From Nageia nagi (lineage: Eukaryota; Plantae; Pinophyta), in the NCBI GenBank assembly GCA_050084985.1, contig JBITNC010000001.1:125116001-125180000 (forward strand): DNA of 64,000 bases. The letters run 5' to 3'. Positions within the stretch are counted from its first letter, which is position 1, and each line of letters starts with the position of its first letter. This document shows positions 37,391-50,700 of the stretch, in pieces. The notes beneath the pieces are model-generated. The model had not been told where the DNA came from, made no database searches, and saw nothing but the letters and a program-made list of their open reading frames with translations. A program made the translations under genes and the position numbers.

Positions 37391-37401
37391 GCTATAAATA
37401 C
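37391..37401 (+). promoter_or_regulatory. Candidate TATA box for the LTR-internal accessory gene
   Basis: GGCTATAAATA lies between the hairpin array and the ATG at 37622. Function is inferred from position only. Confidence 0.5.
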
Positions 37402-37621
37402 AAGCTTGAGGACTTCATTTTCTCAAATTCAAAACTTGCCCCTCTTCTATTCTTGCACCAGGATAGCAGCGAATTGCAAATTTTTGTGCTCAAACATCAT
37501 CATTCATTCATCCTAGGGCTTGCGCAAGCACTTGGGGGGCACGACCCTCCAACGAGGGTGTCATCTTCATCCGGAAACCCAGGTAACATTCTTGAGGAGC
37601 CACGTTGCAAGTGAGAAAACC

Positions 37622-40403
37622 ATGACCTTCTCTAAGGGCAATTTGGCTTCGGATTTCGCTAGGGATCTTGAGCGGTTGAAATAGGATTGTGTCATCTTCG
37701 TTCGTGAGACACAACAAGCCCTTCCCCAAGGGGCAAAATTCTCGAGAAACGGTTTTGCAACCATCGGAGATATAGATTGGCAAAATGTTGACCCTACGCA
37801 GATGAGGGAGAGCACTCATGGTCTTCCTATCACCGACTTGAAGCAGGATATTGTCTACTTCTCGGAACTCTCCACTTGCACATTAGTCCCATTCACAACC
37901 CCAAAAATTGTGCATGGAAGTCGGTCACCACTGGCAGAAAGGGGAGAGAATCCTTCGAGACATCAAAGGAGACATCATAATGAATTTCAGCCCGGGCGTC
38001 ATCAAAGCAGCATACCAGTGGACCTCTGAAGGAGAAGTTGAATATAGTGAGGCTAGGTCATTAGCTTGTTACCAAGAGACCCTTAGGGCAGTTGTCGCTA
38101 TTAAGAGTTGGATGTTGGAGGAGCATCATGGATTGCAAAGAAACGCACTCATTAATGCTCCTCGCTCCGACTTCTATCTCGTAGTTGAGTTGATGATTCT
38201 CTTGTTGTCCAGAGTCCTTGGGAAGGAAGACGCTTCAAAGTTTAGGAAAGAGTTCTTTGGGTTCATTCTAGAGATCGCCAGAGGAAGGAGGATCAGGCGG
38301 AGCAAGGTGTTGAGCAACTCCATAGCTGATCAATTGTTGTCCTTAGGTATTGCTCGTAAATTCTATCTCAATTCATACCTGGTATACATGTTGCTTCACT
38401 GTAAGTATAGAGCGATAGCTCATGGTGAGACGGATAGAAAGAGGGACCTACTCCATTTGGAAGTGCTACCCCAAATGGAAGTTGGAGAGGAGATGGGATA
38501 GTTTTATGATGAAATACGATGGATGGGAGTACGAAATATACAAGGAACTAAAAGGGGAGATCACGGTTGCTAGGATCTCCAATTCAGCCCAAGATGCTTT
38601 GAAGAAGTATGGGGACTTCTTCCTCCATCACGAACACTATTCCTACATTCGTATACATGGATCAGTTATCCAACCCTATTAATTGCCAAGATTCGTGAGT
38701 AATAGGATGCTATTAATGGAGATGATGAGGCAATTGGCCTTTCTACACAAGCATGGTAGAAGAAATCGGCCACCTCCAATTTGTCGATTGCTGTAGGAGA
38801 ATACCAGTGCAAGTTTTGGACGGATGTGGACACCATGAAAGAAGAGTTGGCCAAATTCAATTTCAAGAAAATGCCTATTGTCGACCACTACGATCCGGAT
38901 TCTAGAATGCATTCGTTCTTCATGAAGGAAAGGAAGAAAACTAAGGAGCATAAGTACTTGTAGACAAGGAGCCTTTCCGGAATATCAGCAATGAGATAGA
39001 AATAAAGAAGATAAGAGAAAGGGTACACAAGGATGCAAATGATCAGCAACATCGTGTCGAAGCTACCATCAACAACAAGATGAATCCGTAGAGATATTTG
39101 TAAAAATTCATAAGATAGCAGCACAAAGCCATCTATCGAGAAGGACAAGGAGCCAATATTCGAGATAGTCCAAAAGAGGGCTCCATTAAAGAGAACCCCA
39201 CAGTCACAAGCTATAGGAACTTCAAGTGAACATGTTGAACAAAGAGAAGAGAGACCCTCAAAGAGAATGGAGAAGAATGCTACTACTATTCCAGAAGTAG
39301 TTGTGGAGACTTATTAGCCATCACCCACGAATGAGTGGGGTGTCAACATGGAGGAGTGTCTAGATGTGTTTAATATGGATGTTGGGGAAGAATTTGGAGC
39401 AGAAGAAAAGAACGACCAGATTGGAGAATGCTCCACTCGCCTAGGGAAAACCCAAACATATGTACACTTAGCTAAGAACGCTATACACATCAAGACCATT
39501 ATAGATGATAAGGAGAATCCGCAATGTCTTGAAGATCGTCGATAGATTAACCAAATCATCAACACAGGTCCGATTGGTCGAAAACATGTAATCATCTCCA
39601 ATGTTGAGGCCATTGCCAAAGATGGTATGATGAAAGATAAAGAGATTAAAGGTCTGAAGAAGGAGTTAGCCACACAAAGGAAGTTGACTAAGGAATTAGA
39701 ATTGGCTAAGGTGCCCATTGAAGAGCTCTGAAAAGTTAAGCCCCTTAAGGAGGGTATGATTGCAATTAAACAAAAGCATATAGAGGAGGTCTTGGTAGTA
39801 ATACATCAGTTCATTGGAGCACTAGAGAGGGTAGCGTTCGAGGAGCAAAAGCTCAAGGATATCATTGTGGAGAGAACCAATCTCCTTAGGATCTTGGATT
39901 CTAGACAGCCTATGATCATGTAGTTCAAGATGACACGGAATCGGGAGCTTGAAGATATAAAGTTTTGTGAATAATATTGGTTTTATTTGGGGGTAGTCAA
40001 CCAAATAAGCACCTGATTTCAGGAGGTGCAAAAGGATGTTCAAAAGCTCAACGACAAGGCAAACACTTGTCTTGAGCAGATGGAGTTCCAGGTAAAGTTT
40101 CTTGACGATGATGCTATCATCCGTGACAAAGACCTTGTAGTGGCGGAAGTGAGACACTTCCTTTATAGTCTGATCATGACTGAGGACATTAATACTTTCC
40201 AGACGACTAGTCACTTGGAGCATTTGCTCAAAGCTCATGCGTGGGAGAAAGACATGATGAGGATTGTGGACAAGGTAGAGCGTGGTGTGTGAAGAATGGA
40301 CCAAGGCTATCAAAGATGCTACATGGATTGGAGCTCACAACTAAATTCTTGGATGATGACTTTGATGGACGTGTAGAGGCGTTGGGCACACCAACTGCCT
40401 AGT
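37622..40403 (+). pseudogene. LTR-encoded uncharacterised accessory gene, copy B (decayed)
   Basis: ATG at 37622, then collinear ORF pieces 37802, 37908, 38422, 38781, 39348 and 40026, broken by stops and frameshifts. Conserved block RKEFFGFI...KFYLNSYLVYMLLH...YSYIRIHG...LPRFV, then a charged linker and coiled-coil-like tail. Lies wholly inside the LTR 35972-41473. Confidence 0.7.
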
Positions 40404-43400
40404 CATATTATTTAGTGTCTTTTATATATTATTTGATGGTTATTTTTGGAAACTTTAATTTATTTATTAATAAATTCCTAAGTTTGTGATGGATAAGGAT
40501 TTGCTTCCACAAATTTGGATGATATCTTGTAATGCCATGTGGCATATTTCTGGTGGACCATATTTTATTTCTTGGAAAATGTAATTATGGTTAGGGCAAC
40601 ACTTTGGGTTGCACTAAAACTAGATATATCCCATTTGGGATCATTACTACTTAAAATAATATTCTAAAAACTTACAAGTTTTCCCTTTTCGCAATTGTGA
40701 TATAATTTCAAGGAATTGAAGTGAGCTTGTTTCATTTGTGAATGAGTGTTACATTTTAATGCTATCTTGAGTATTTGAGGCATTTTATAAACCTTCTAGG
40801 TGGATAAAAGAATGCTTGCATATCTTTAGAAATATTTCAAAAAGTGTTTAAGTGTGATGTTTCATAGTTTGCACTTAGGATTAATATGTTCTGATGATGA
40901 CTTGTGTATGCCGTTTAACATAGGAACTTCACCCAATGATTGAGTCATACCCACGCCTTACCTCTTCTTTTCATTGCCTTAGCGCCAAGCTCCTCTTGTC
41001 ATGACATTCGTGTTATCGCCTTTCAAGCTGGAATTGGGGTGTGTGGAACTTCTACCTTACTTGCACAAGTTCAATCTCAAAAGGTCATATTAATCAGTGA
41101 AACATAGCCCTAGAGCCCCGCTCATATATCGTCTTTTCACAGTCTTTTTTATTTTCCTTTTTATTTTCTTTGTGTGGCTTTTGCAATAGAACTTTTTTTT
41201 ATTTTCCCCTTTTTTTTAGAAACAATTATACCTAGATTAGGGACCCTTCGAGTCCTTGATTAACAAAATTATATTTTGAGTTGGCAACAACTTTAAACAT
41301 CTCCACTATTTCATCTTAGTGAACACTTGCACACTCCATTTTCAAACCTTTGAGGTAGAAGTTCTCATAGTGGGTAGGGGTTACGCCCTACCAATCAGGT
41401 GTTGGAGTCTTTCCATGAGCCTTGTGACACCATTTGCTGATCCGCAAGGGTAGGAAAGAAAAAGCCCCCAACATAAATTGGTGCTAGAAGAAGGGCCTCA
41501 AACTATTTCTTCGTCCAGTAAAATTTTGTTTCTCTACTTATATTTCGCCAAGATAGGACCTAAAAAGCACTGTCTTATAACTTGAGGTCAACTAAAGATA
41601 AGGTTCAGCCAAAAGAAGAATCGTAGAGTTCTCTAGAGACCATTGAAGCCTATATTCCAAGTCTCGACAATACCTCCACTTCTACCTTATCTGACATATC
41701 AATCACTAGCCCTAGCTCATCGAAAAACTTGGTTCCTTTCTTGACTAACACACAACCAAGTGTTTAAAACCAAGCTATTGTGCAAATACAACCTTCGCTG
41801 CAACAACAACCACAATTGGGTCCTCAACCGCAAGCCAGAGCCAACCCGCAGCAAAGGAGAAGAATGGCCAATCCACCTCCTGCACCTCCTACTTGGTTGA
41901 AATCAAGTTCTATAAGTGTTCTTGGAGCTCAAAATGACATCCCAAAAGATTACCAGAAACACTTCCAAAAGTACAACCCTGATAGTCTCACGTCAGCGGT
42001 AGACCACATCCAGTCATACATTGATTCATTGACCAGACTCTACATTGAACATGAGGATGTGGCGTGCAGAATGTTTCCATCTACTCTAGAGGGTCATGCT
42101 TGAGATTGGTATCGCAGATTTACCTTGAGATCTATCACATCATGGACACAACTAGGAGAAGCATTCCTGCAAAGATTTCAAATACCGGTAGATTCAGATT
42201 TATTATATCACCAATTTGTAAATATTGAAATGTTCCCTCATGAACTAGTCAGAAATTTTAATGACAAATTCCACAATGCCTATGGGAAAGTAGTGCAACC
42301 ACATACAGCTTCCGATGCTACGAATGTACATAAGGACACTTGATCCCCTCACAACAGCCTTCGTTAGAAGAGAAGCAGGCATCACAACGCTAGAACAGGC
42401 TTATGCCTCTGCGACTACCATTGAAAGGCAGCTCACTCAAAACACCGAAGGGTAAAAGGCCACTATTCTTATGCATTTGTTGGGCAATTTGAGCCTAAAC
42501 GTTGCTATTGCTCCTCCACAACCCGTCGCTCTAAGTCCTGCCCAAACGTCATTGCGAAATATCCCCATGACCTCAAATGTAGTCCGGCCTAACCCTTTAG
42601 CCCTCACACACACCATGCATGCCCAATAATCCCACTTCGTCATCCAGTCCACTGAGCACCGACTTGATCACCCAACTCATCACTCACTTATCACAGCTGT
42701 CCCATCCCAACCTTGCACATAATCCTTCCGGGCAGGGAGAGCTCAACGTCTTAAAGCAATTTTTGGGTGTACCTTCAAAAGATGCAAAAGATCCCAAACC
42801 ACCCAAAAGGGACCAAGAGCTTGTTAAGAAAGAGCAAGAGCTCGCTAGGCGCGAAAGAGAGTTGGCTAAGAGGGAGAAGGATTAGAATGACTTTAAGACA
42901 CTTTTGTCCAAGATGGTTGAAAATAACAGAGGGCAGAACAATGCTGGGCTCAATCAATAGCCTGCGCCCAATAACGATCATCAGTGCAATCCCAACTTTC
43001 AAAGGGGAAATATACCTTGGAATATCGGTTCTAATAATGGCATGGGTACAATACCCAATCCAGTAGCAAGGGATCCAGGGCCCTCTCAAGTGAATAATGT
43101 TGACTTGACAGAAATTGTGTTGACCACCTCGTGTAGGATTCATAGCACTGCCCATTCAGAATCTACCTGTCTAGAGTTCACTTATGCCATTAATATGCTT
43201 CGTCATGAAAGAAACAATTGGGAACTCACCCAACCAGAATCCGAGTCTCCTAATACACATAGTGATGCTTTGATGTTTGAAGTTTATACCAGTACTAAAG
43301 ATGAAACACAAGATGAGGAGATACCCGAAACTCACCCAGTCGTCTCTCAACCTGTTTTTGCTACATGAGAATCCTAGGAGATTCGGCTATGCTTTCAGGA

Positions 43401-44389
43401 GAAGAGATCGAGAGCCATTGATTGAATCTAATCCTCCTAATGGTCTCTAGGTACCTTTGAACCAAGTCTCTTCAAATAATCCCCCTCGACCTGGGCCGGT
43501 AGCACAACCAAGCATTCTTCAGAGGCAACCGACGTCTAGTATTCCCAGGCCTCAACAGGCTTAACCATCACGGGGGAGTCCCCTTCATCACGGCCAACCG
43601 GGGAGTACTCGTAAGAAATAGACTCAAGCCAGGGAAGAGCTGCGGGAGAGCTCTTTTGATATCATTGAAACTCTAAAGCATACTAAAGTTAGTATGAACT
43701 TGATGGATTTATTGGAGTATGAAGAGCCTCGCGAACGGGTTATTAGTCATCTCAAGTCTAAGCAAACACAAAAGAAGGAATGGAGGAAAGTTTTAGAACG
43801 ACAAGTACAAATAACATCTCCATTGGTTGTTGAAGACCCCGCGGTTGCTCAAGTCCAAATGGCCTTGGAGAAAGCTAAGATACACACGCTAAGGAGAGCA
43901 ATTCCCCTTTGCTTGATCACATTGAGATTTGTTGGTAAAAACTTGCATATTGTATGCTGGACTTTGGCCCAAGAGCAAACATAATACCATGGGAAGTATG
44001 CAAGCCTTTGAACTTACCCATTGCAGAGAGTCCTGATGGTATCACTCAATTGGATGATACGCTTGTAAAAGTAGTGGGAATGATCCACAACTTACGCATC
44101 CAAATTGCATCCGAGCTAAGGATTGAAAGAGATATAGATGTACAAGTGGTTCAGATGCCACCCAAATACGGGATGTTGCTTAGCAGAGAATGGTCAAAGA
44201 TGTTGAATGGATTCTGGTCCACATGCTTCAAATATTTATGGCTAACATGGAGAGGCTTGTCGAATCAAATTAAGATATAAGGAGAGCCTTATCTCAGAGA
44301 CCTCATCATTGAATATAACAATATCAGTCAAGTAGCGGTGACGAAGCGAGATTTGGGCATTTGTTGCCTTGAAGTTAATAGACCTCCTC

Positions 44390-47300
44390 CTGATACTGAT
44401 TGGGGAAATATTGATCCCATCCAGACCAATGCATCCACTGCTAGTATCAGTGAAGAAGATTTACTTGATGAAATCATCCACTCCTGTGGGTTGTTTAATG
44501 CGACAATGATTCCTTTTGTTGTTCCTTTTCCTGACTTATGCTACGAGGTAGCCAAGCGATGTAAATATGATATGAGAGTTCTCTTAGACATTGAAGGGAA
44601 TGTGATCATGGACTTCTCTCCAGCAAGGAATGAAGCTGCTTTTGGTTGGAGAAGATATGGAGATGAGTATACTATAGCCCAGTCAAAGGAATTCCATGAT
44701 AGTACCACCAGATCGGGAGACTATATAAGACTTTGGCTTTATGAAGACTACCAAGGACTCCAAAGCCAGAGGCTGGTTAGTGCTCATAGGGAAGAATTCC
44801 TCCCTATAGTGTCCAAGTTAATTACTCTAATGTGGGTCACAGGCCAAGAAAATGATACTAAGTATAGGAAGGAGTTCACTGGATTCATTGCTATGATTAG
44901 CTCAGGGAGAGCTGTACGATGGAGTAGAGTGATCACTGATACCTTGCATCACCAGTTGGCCTACTTGGGCTCTTCCAAAAGGTTTTATAAGAACTACTAC
45001 TTAGTATATTTGTTATTACATGGAAAATTCAGATCCAAGGAACATGTACATGAAAGAAAGTTAGGTGAGAAAGGCATCTCTGTGTAGAACATGTACCACA
45101 AGTGGTGGTATAATAACAAGTTTAGGCACTACTATGAGAGGGAATGATTAGTGGGAGTATGCTATTTACAAAGAGATCAAAGGAGAATCGGTAGTCGAGG
45201 ATTTTTGATGCAACCATCCAAGCCATCATCGTAGATGCAGATTTCTATTTGCAGTATACTGATTACATGTACATCAGAGTCTATGGCTTTGAAGAGTAGC
45301 CTCTTGTCGTACCCAGATATGCTAGTGATAGGCTAGTCCTCATGGAGTTTGCTAGGCAGTTGTGGAGAAAGAAGGATGCAACGATTAACTTTCCCATTTC
45401 TATTGCAAGTTATGTTTTTCAGACTTGGGTTGAGGCCAAGAGCATGCTTAAGGAGCTGCAGCAGTACATTTTCTATAAGGAGGAAACAATGAGAAATTAT
45501 GATCCTAGAGGTGTCATTGCTCATTTCTACAACATTGTATTCCCAAAACCTATAATATACAAGCATAAATGTTTGGGGAATGTGGAAAAGTATAGGAATG
45601 TGCGAGAAGAGGAGAAGATCATGAAGATTGATGCTCTTTTGAGCAAGGATAAGGCTCCTCTCCAAGTAGAAAAGAGGACGTATCAAGGGCCCAGAGTTGT
45701 GAAAGAGAGGCCAAAAGAGGTCCCACTCAGGATCAAGACAACCCCTCTTGCCAGTGATGCAGCTCCACAAGTCAAGGAATCCTTGCTTCCCATTGGAAAA
45801 AGACAAGGACCTTTAGGGCAATATGCTTCAATGGGATCCAACAAATGTAATGTGGTGGCTGATGTAGCCAAGATAAGCCAACAGGTGGTTGATCTTAGGA
45901 ATGCAGGTTACTCAAATGCCCCTTTGAGTGTGTTGGAGCAAGCTTGTGCCAGTGATTCCCCTGTTAGAAAACCAACTCCACAAAGACCCTCTCGGCTTCC
46001 TGGAAGCAGAGAGAAGGTTCCCCGATTACAACCAAGTTCCAATTCTTCTAGTTCCTCATCCTCCTCTTCTTCAGATGAACAAGATACTGAAGAACTAGGC
46101 CACGATGAAGAAGGCTCGGAAGTTGAAGTGAGCCAAGAAGAAGAAGAGAGCTACGATGAAGAAGATGATGATGAGTACCCCGATCGAGAGAATGTAACTG
46201 TAGGTGTTTCTGCACTTGATGATACCGAGATTGATACTTTCTCAAATGATGATGATTTATTTATTGATGTAGAAACTTGTGATGAAGACGTCTAGATTGT
46301 TGGAGTGAGGTATGCCAAAGAAGTAGACGCTTCCAAGCCCTTTCCTGCATAACACAGAAGAAAATCACACCGATCTTCTCATAAGGCTCTAGTAAAGAGA
46401 ACCAGCCATTAGAGATCTCAGCCCCATAGGAAAGTGATATCTTTAGGGGGTGGTGGTGGAGATGAGGAAGATGAAGGTGAAACAAAAGAGTAGAAGAAGA
46501 AAAAGAAGGGGACCGAGCACCAGGGCAAGGAGGTTGCCCTTATTCAATCCACTTCGACTAAAGAGGTCAAGAAAGTGAATAAAAGCAGGATTTTAGTGCA
46601 AAGGCTTACTCCCAAACCACCCATTGAACATCCATAGCTTGACTTGGGCACCTGCTTGAGAGCCTAAGCATGAGCACGATTCACTATAAAGATGTTGATC
46701 CATATCTGAGGTCTAAGGACGAAGAGGAGGAGCTCTCTGATGGTGAGAAGAGTAGATACTTCTGTTTCTACTAGTAGGAAGGAGATCTCCATTAGCGATT
46801 ATTATTCCAAGGAGAAGTATCCCAAAGGACCTGAAGATTGTATGATAGAGACCTTCAAGATGCCTGCAAAGATAGGCCTGTCAGCAAGGAAGCATATAGT
46901 CACCCAAAATGCAGTTGTTATGGAGTAAGAAGGCTATGAGGCCAATTAGGAGGTGAGGAGATTGAAGATGGAACTTACAGTTAGTAGAAAAATCATAAAG
47001 GAGTTCCAAACTATAAGTATCACTCTTTTAGAACTCAAGAAACAAGCTTCATATCATGTGGGTCGGGAGTTGATGAAGGATTCCTTAAAAAAGGAGATGA
47101 TGGAGACCATTGAGAAGCTTGCTTCTCAAATCTATAGCATTATTGAGGAAGGAGTTGAGATAAGAGATTTGAAGTCCCAAATAACATACCTCCTCAAGAA
47201 GCTCGATGGCTATCTCCCTACCATCACCAACTTGTAGCGTACCTTTGCTGACAGAACTGAAAAATTGGTCTAGTACCATTAATTTATGTACCTACACGAT

Positions 47301-47733
47301 TGGTTGAAGCACACATTGGACAAGTACCACGTGGTGCTTAAAATGAGAATACCCTTGAGGAAGGAAGTAGAGGAGCAGATGTCTCATTGTGTACCTGTTG
47401 AAGTTCCATGGGGAAGATAGTAACGTGTGGAAAAAAGAGGCGATTTTGGTAGAGGCACAAAATCTCATTCAGGAGCATTTTGAGGTTGAAGATCTCAATT
47501 TGTTGAAGGCAGGCAAACCCATTCATCACGAGAGGCAAATGGTCATATGGAGATTTCAAATGCAAGCTACAACCAAATAGATCGAGGATTATTATAGGCA
47601 AAATAATAGCATCATGGGCATGGTTTCCAGAGGAGTACGGAAGACCTTGGCTTTCTTGGAAGAGACCATAGAGTCATACGGCCTCATCGATGAAGAGTGG
47701 AACTCCATAGGAGCTGGATCAAGTCAGGCCTAG
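44390..47733 (+). pseudogene. LTR-encoded uncharacterised accessory gene, copy C (decayed)
   Basis: ORFs 44338-45087, 45342-46295, 46740, 46953 and 47389. Same motifs as copy B (YRKEFTGFI, RWSRV, RFYKNYYLVYLLLH, YIRVYG, MEFARQL, YDP), then a Ser/acidic tract and coiled-coil-like region. Confidence 0.7.
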
Positions 47734-50700
47734 ATTTGATCCACTTGCAGATTCTGTCTGCAATTGTCTTTTCAATTGTTTAATGTATCTAGTTCCTAGT
47801 TTCAGACTTCATTTACTTGATTTGACTGGTGCAGCGATGAGTATTTGCTCCTGCTGGATCAAATTTGTCAGACTCATTTATGGATCTGATCGATGCAGGA
47901 ATGAGGTTTTGCTTCTGTCGGTTCAAATGTTAGACTTTTTCAGCATATCTGATTTCATTTTGCATAGAGTAGAGATAGATTAGACATTTTTGTGGCTGTC
48001 GCATTTATATTTTGTTAGTTTTAGATGCCATTTGCATAGTTATTTGTTATACAATCCGATTTTGCATTGGTATGTGTGTTGCATGTGAGCACACCATATC
48101 AGATTTGATGCCTTTAGGGCAACACCTCTAGTGGCCTATTTATACCCCACTCGGGCCATTTAGAAGGGGATTTGTTGCATGAAATTTTTTGCATATTGGT
48201 AATTGCATAGCAGACTTTTGCCATACTGATTTTGCATATTGTTGTTCAATCTTTGGCTTATTTTGAAATATTACATACTGAGAGTTTTGCAATCAAAAGA
48301 AAGGAATGCTCCTGTTCATGTCATTGAGTATCTTTATAAGTTGATTTTTTTTTTGGATGGTGCTCTAAAGAAATGCTATGAAATCTGTCATTCGTGGGAT
48401 CATGCATCTTATCTTGTAAGAGTTTCTTACTAGTTTGAATGATTTTTACTGCTTAAGTGCATTCTCTTTAAAAATTAAGAGTTCTAGGAGAAGAAAGTTG
48501 AATATCTTTTGAAGTGGTTTAAATTGTTCATTGCATGGTTTGCACATACATGAATGTATTTTGTGGTGTATAGCTTATCTCTATGTCATTCACCTAGAAT
48601 ATATGTATTCACATGTTGATCATTTCCCTTCATTCTCATTTCCACCCAGTCTTCCATCATAGACCCTACAACTTCTTGTCTCGTCTAGTGCCAACTTGAG
48701 CTTTGCTATTTGCTGCTAGGCTTGATAAGTGAATACATCTTTTTTAAGGAATTCGGAGATGACTTGCCAAGATACTTCATCATTGGTGACACTTTCATAA
48801 GCTCATTTTTACATTCTTTTGCACTTATCCTTGCATCTGTGATCTTTCCTTGCTTTCGTTCACACTCGTAGTCTTTCCTCTTTTGTGGAAAAAAACTTAG
48901 ATGGTGAGTCTCAATTGTATACGGTTCAATAGCATGCATCTCTATCCACTATTCTCGCGTCAATATTCCATGTGAGCGCTTAGGGTAACCAATCCTTTCA
49001 GGTGGAAACAAGTAATGTTGTTTCCTCCACATCTTATGCATGTTTTGGTGAGGAAAGAAAAGTATTTGTAGAAAAGGATTTATACTTAAACATTGGCATA
49101 AGGGATTTAGACCAGAGGTTGAAAACACTGATCTGAAAATAGGTTCCTTGGTAGAAAAGGATTTGTACTTAAACAGTGGCATAAGGGATTTAGACCAGAG
49201 GTTGAAAACATTGATCTGATCCCAACTTGGGTTAGCCTTCCAAACTTGCCAATAGAGTTTTGGAATGCAAGTATCATCGCTAGAATTGCAAATGGGATTG
49301 GTTCATTGGTTTGAATAGAGAAGGCAACTAGGTGTCAAAGTAGTATGATTGATGCTCGTGTTTGTGTCAATATGGACATAACTAAGGAACTAAGGAAGAG
49401 TATCTTTATTGATGAAGAAGATGGAGGGACTTGGGAGCAAGAAATAGTATATGAAAACCTTCCTATTCGCTATAATATGTGGAGGCAATTTGACTATTTT
49501 GCTAGGGCTGCCCATTAAAGAAGAAAGAATCAAAAAGAGATGAGAAGGCATGGAGACCTGTTCAAGGACATATCAATAAAATACATGATCGGTCTCAGGT
49601 ACAAAAACAATCATAGGAGCAAACTCAAAATACAAAAGGTCAAAAATTCGAAAGTAGAAACCCTTATAATGCATTAAGTATGTTCGAAGGCAATGATTCG
49701 GAAGAAGGGCAACTTGACAATAGTGAGGATGATTATGAAAAAGAGCGAAACTACAATGAACCGACATAAATGGAAATGGATGAAAACTCAGGAAAGATGG
49801 TTCCAAAAAGAAAAAGATAGAGGAATGAAGCAGGTCAGGGAGAAGGAACTCTACAAGGTACAAAATAGGAGAAAGAAGATAAGGAACTCTACAAGGTACA
49901 CAATAGGAGAAACAAGATATTTCATTAAGACAACATCACCAATATAAGAAGACGACAAATGTGGGTCAAAATCTTGTGGGAACATAAGAGGACATCAAAA
50001 TAAATTGCAAATAGCTTTCAGCATATGTTGGATGTGCATGGGCACCTTCTTGTCCCTAGCAATAGGTCTTAAGGATCAAATTAAACTTTTGTAGGGCTGT
50101 ATTTGAGCTACAATAAAGCTATGACTGGCATACTGTAAATTGGAGGTTTAGGCTAGTTTTTGGCTACCATCAGGTTATGGTTAGGTAGCATTAGTGAAAT
50201 ACTTCAATCCAATGGATACACAATGGTATGTCTTTGAACCAGGTTTTGGGATCCTATTAAAACCCACACTTTTTTGATAATAGAATTTATCCTTATTATA
50301 AAAAAAAATCCTATGTAGTTCACATTTAGCTCACTATGCATTGTTCAACACAATTTTCTTTACTCACTTATGTTCATCTTTAAGCCTCTTCCTACATAGC
50401 AACCCTTGCTACAGAACCATAAATTCGAAGTTGCACCTTGATCATTCTATTTAGCAAAATATAGTTGCCATATCTTCTGTCTACATGCTTCAGTAATTGC
50501 TTCCTTCAAAATCCTGTGGAAATTTATAAATAAAAATCTATTTGTAACAGCAATGAAAAAGCAAAAGGGGAAAGTGGAAAAATAGAAGTAGAACAATAGC
50601 TGAAAACTGAGAAAAAAGAAGATAAATATGTTGTAAGATACAACTAAAAAAGCATCAAATAGATTTGGTATTTGCAGTTTATAAATTGCACATTCCGAGC

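Larger units (their letters stand above)
35972..44385 (+). mobile_element. Inner Tat/Ogre-like Gypsy element: 5.5-kb 5' LTR (35972-41473), PBS, gag and protease; pol deleted
   Basis: LTR termini TGTTG...CAACA, with a start similar to 35340. PBS TGGTGCTAGAAGAAGGG at 41479-41495. gag (EHEDVACRMFPSTLEGHA, ITSWTQLGEAFLQRF) at 41780-42440 and protease (CMLDFGPRANII...YGMLLSREW) at 43950-44280. Confidence 0.8.
35340..49141 (+). mobile_element. Outer giant LTR (probably solo) carrying accessory ORF copy C, interrupted by an inner element
   Basis: Starts TGTTGTGCC and is flanked by a perfect 5-bp TSD GGTTC (35335-35339 / 49142-49146) inside the LINE. Own sequence is 35340-35971 and ~44390-49141. The end GGTGAGGAAAGAAAA is shared with the reverse complement at 5587-5612. 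Confidence 0.75.
34840..50308 (+). mobile_element. Degenerate L1-like LINE (ORF1 DUF4283 + zf-CCHC_4 region, polyA-like end), split by a 13.8-kb LTR complex
   Basis: ORF 35163 (IEKFVGFRPS...FDFKCEEDMAKVLELGTWF) rejoins in frame at 49147 with LGRKGFVLKQWHKGFRPE...TWVSLPNLPIEFW...ARVCVNMD...YENLP. An A-tail lies at ~50299-50308. The outer limits are approximate. Confidence 0.75.
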
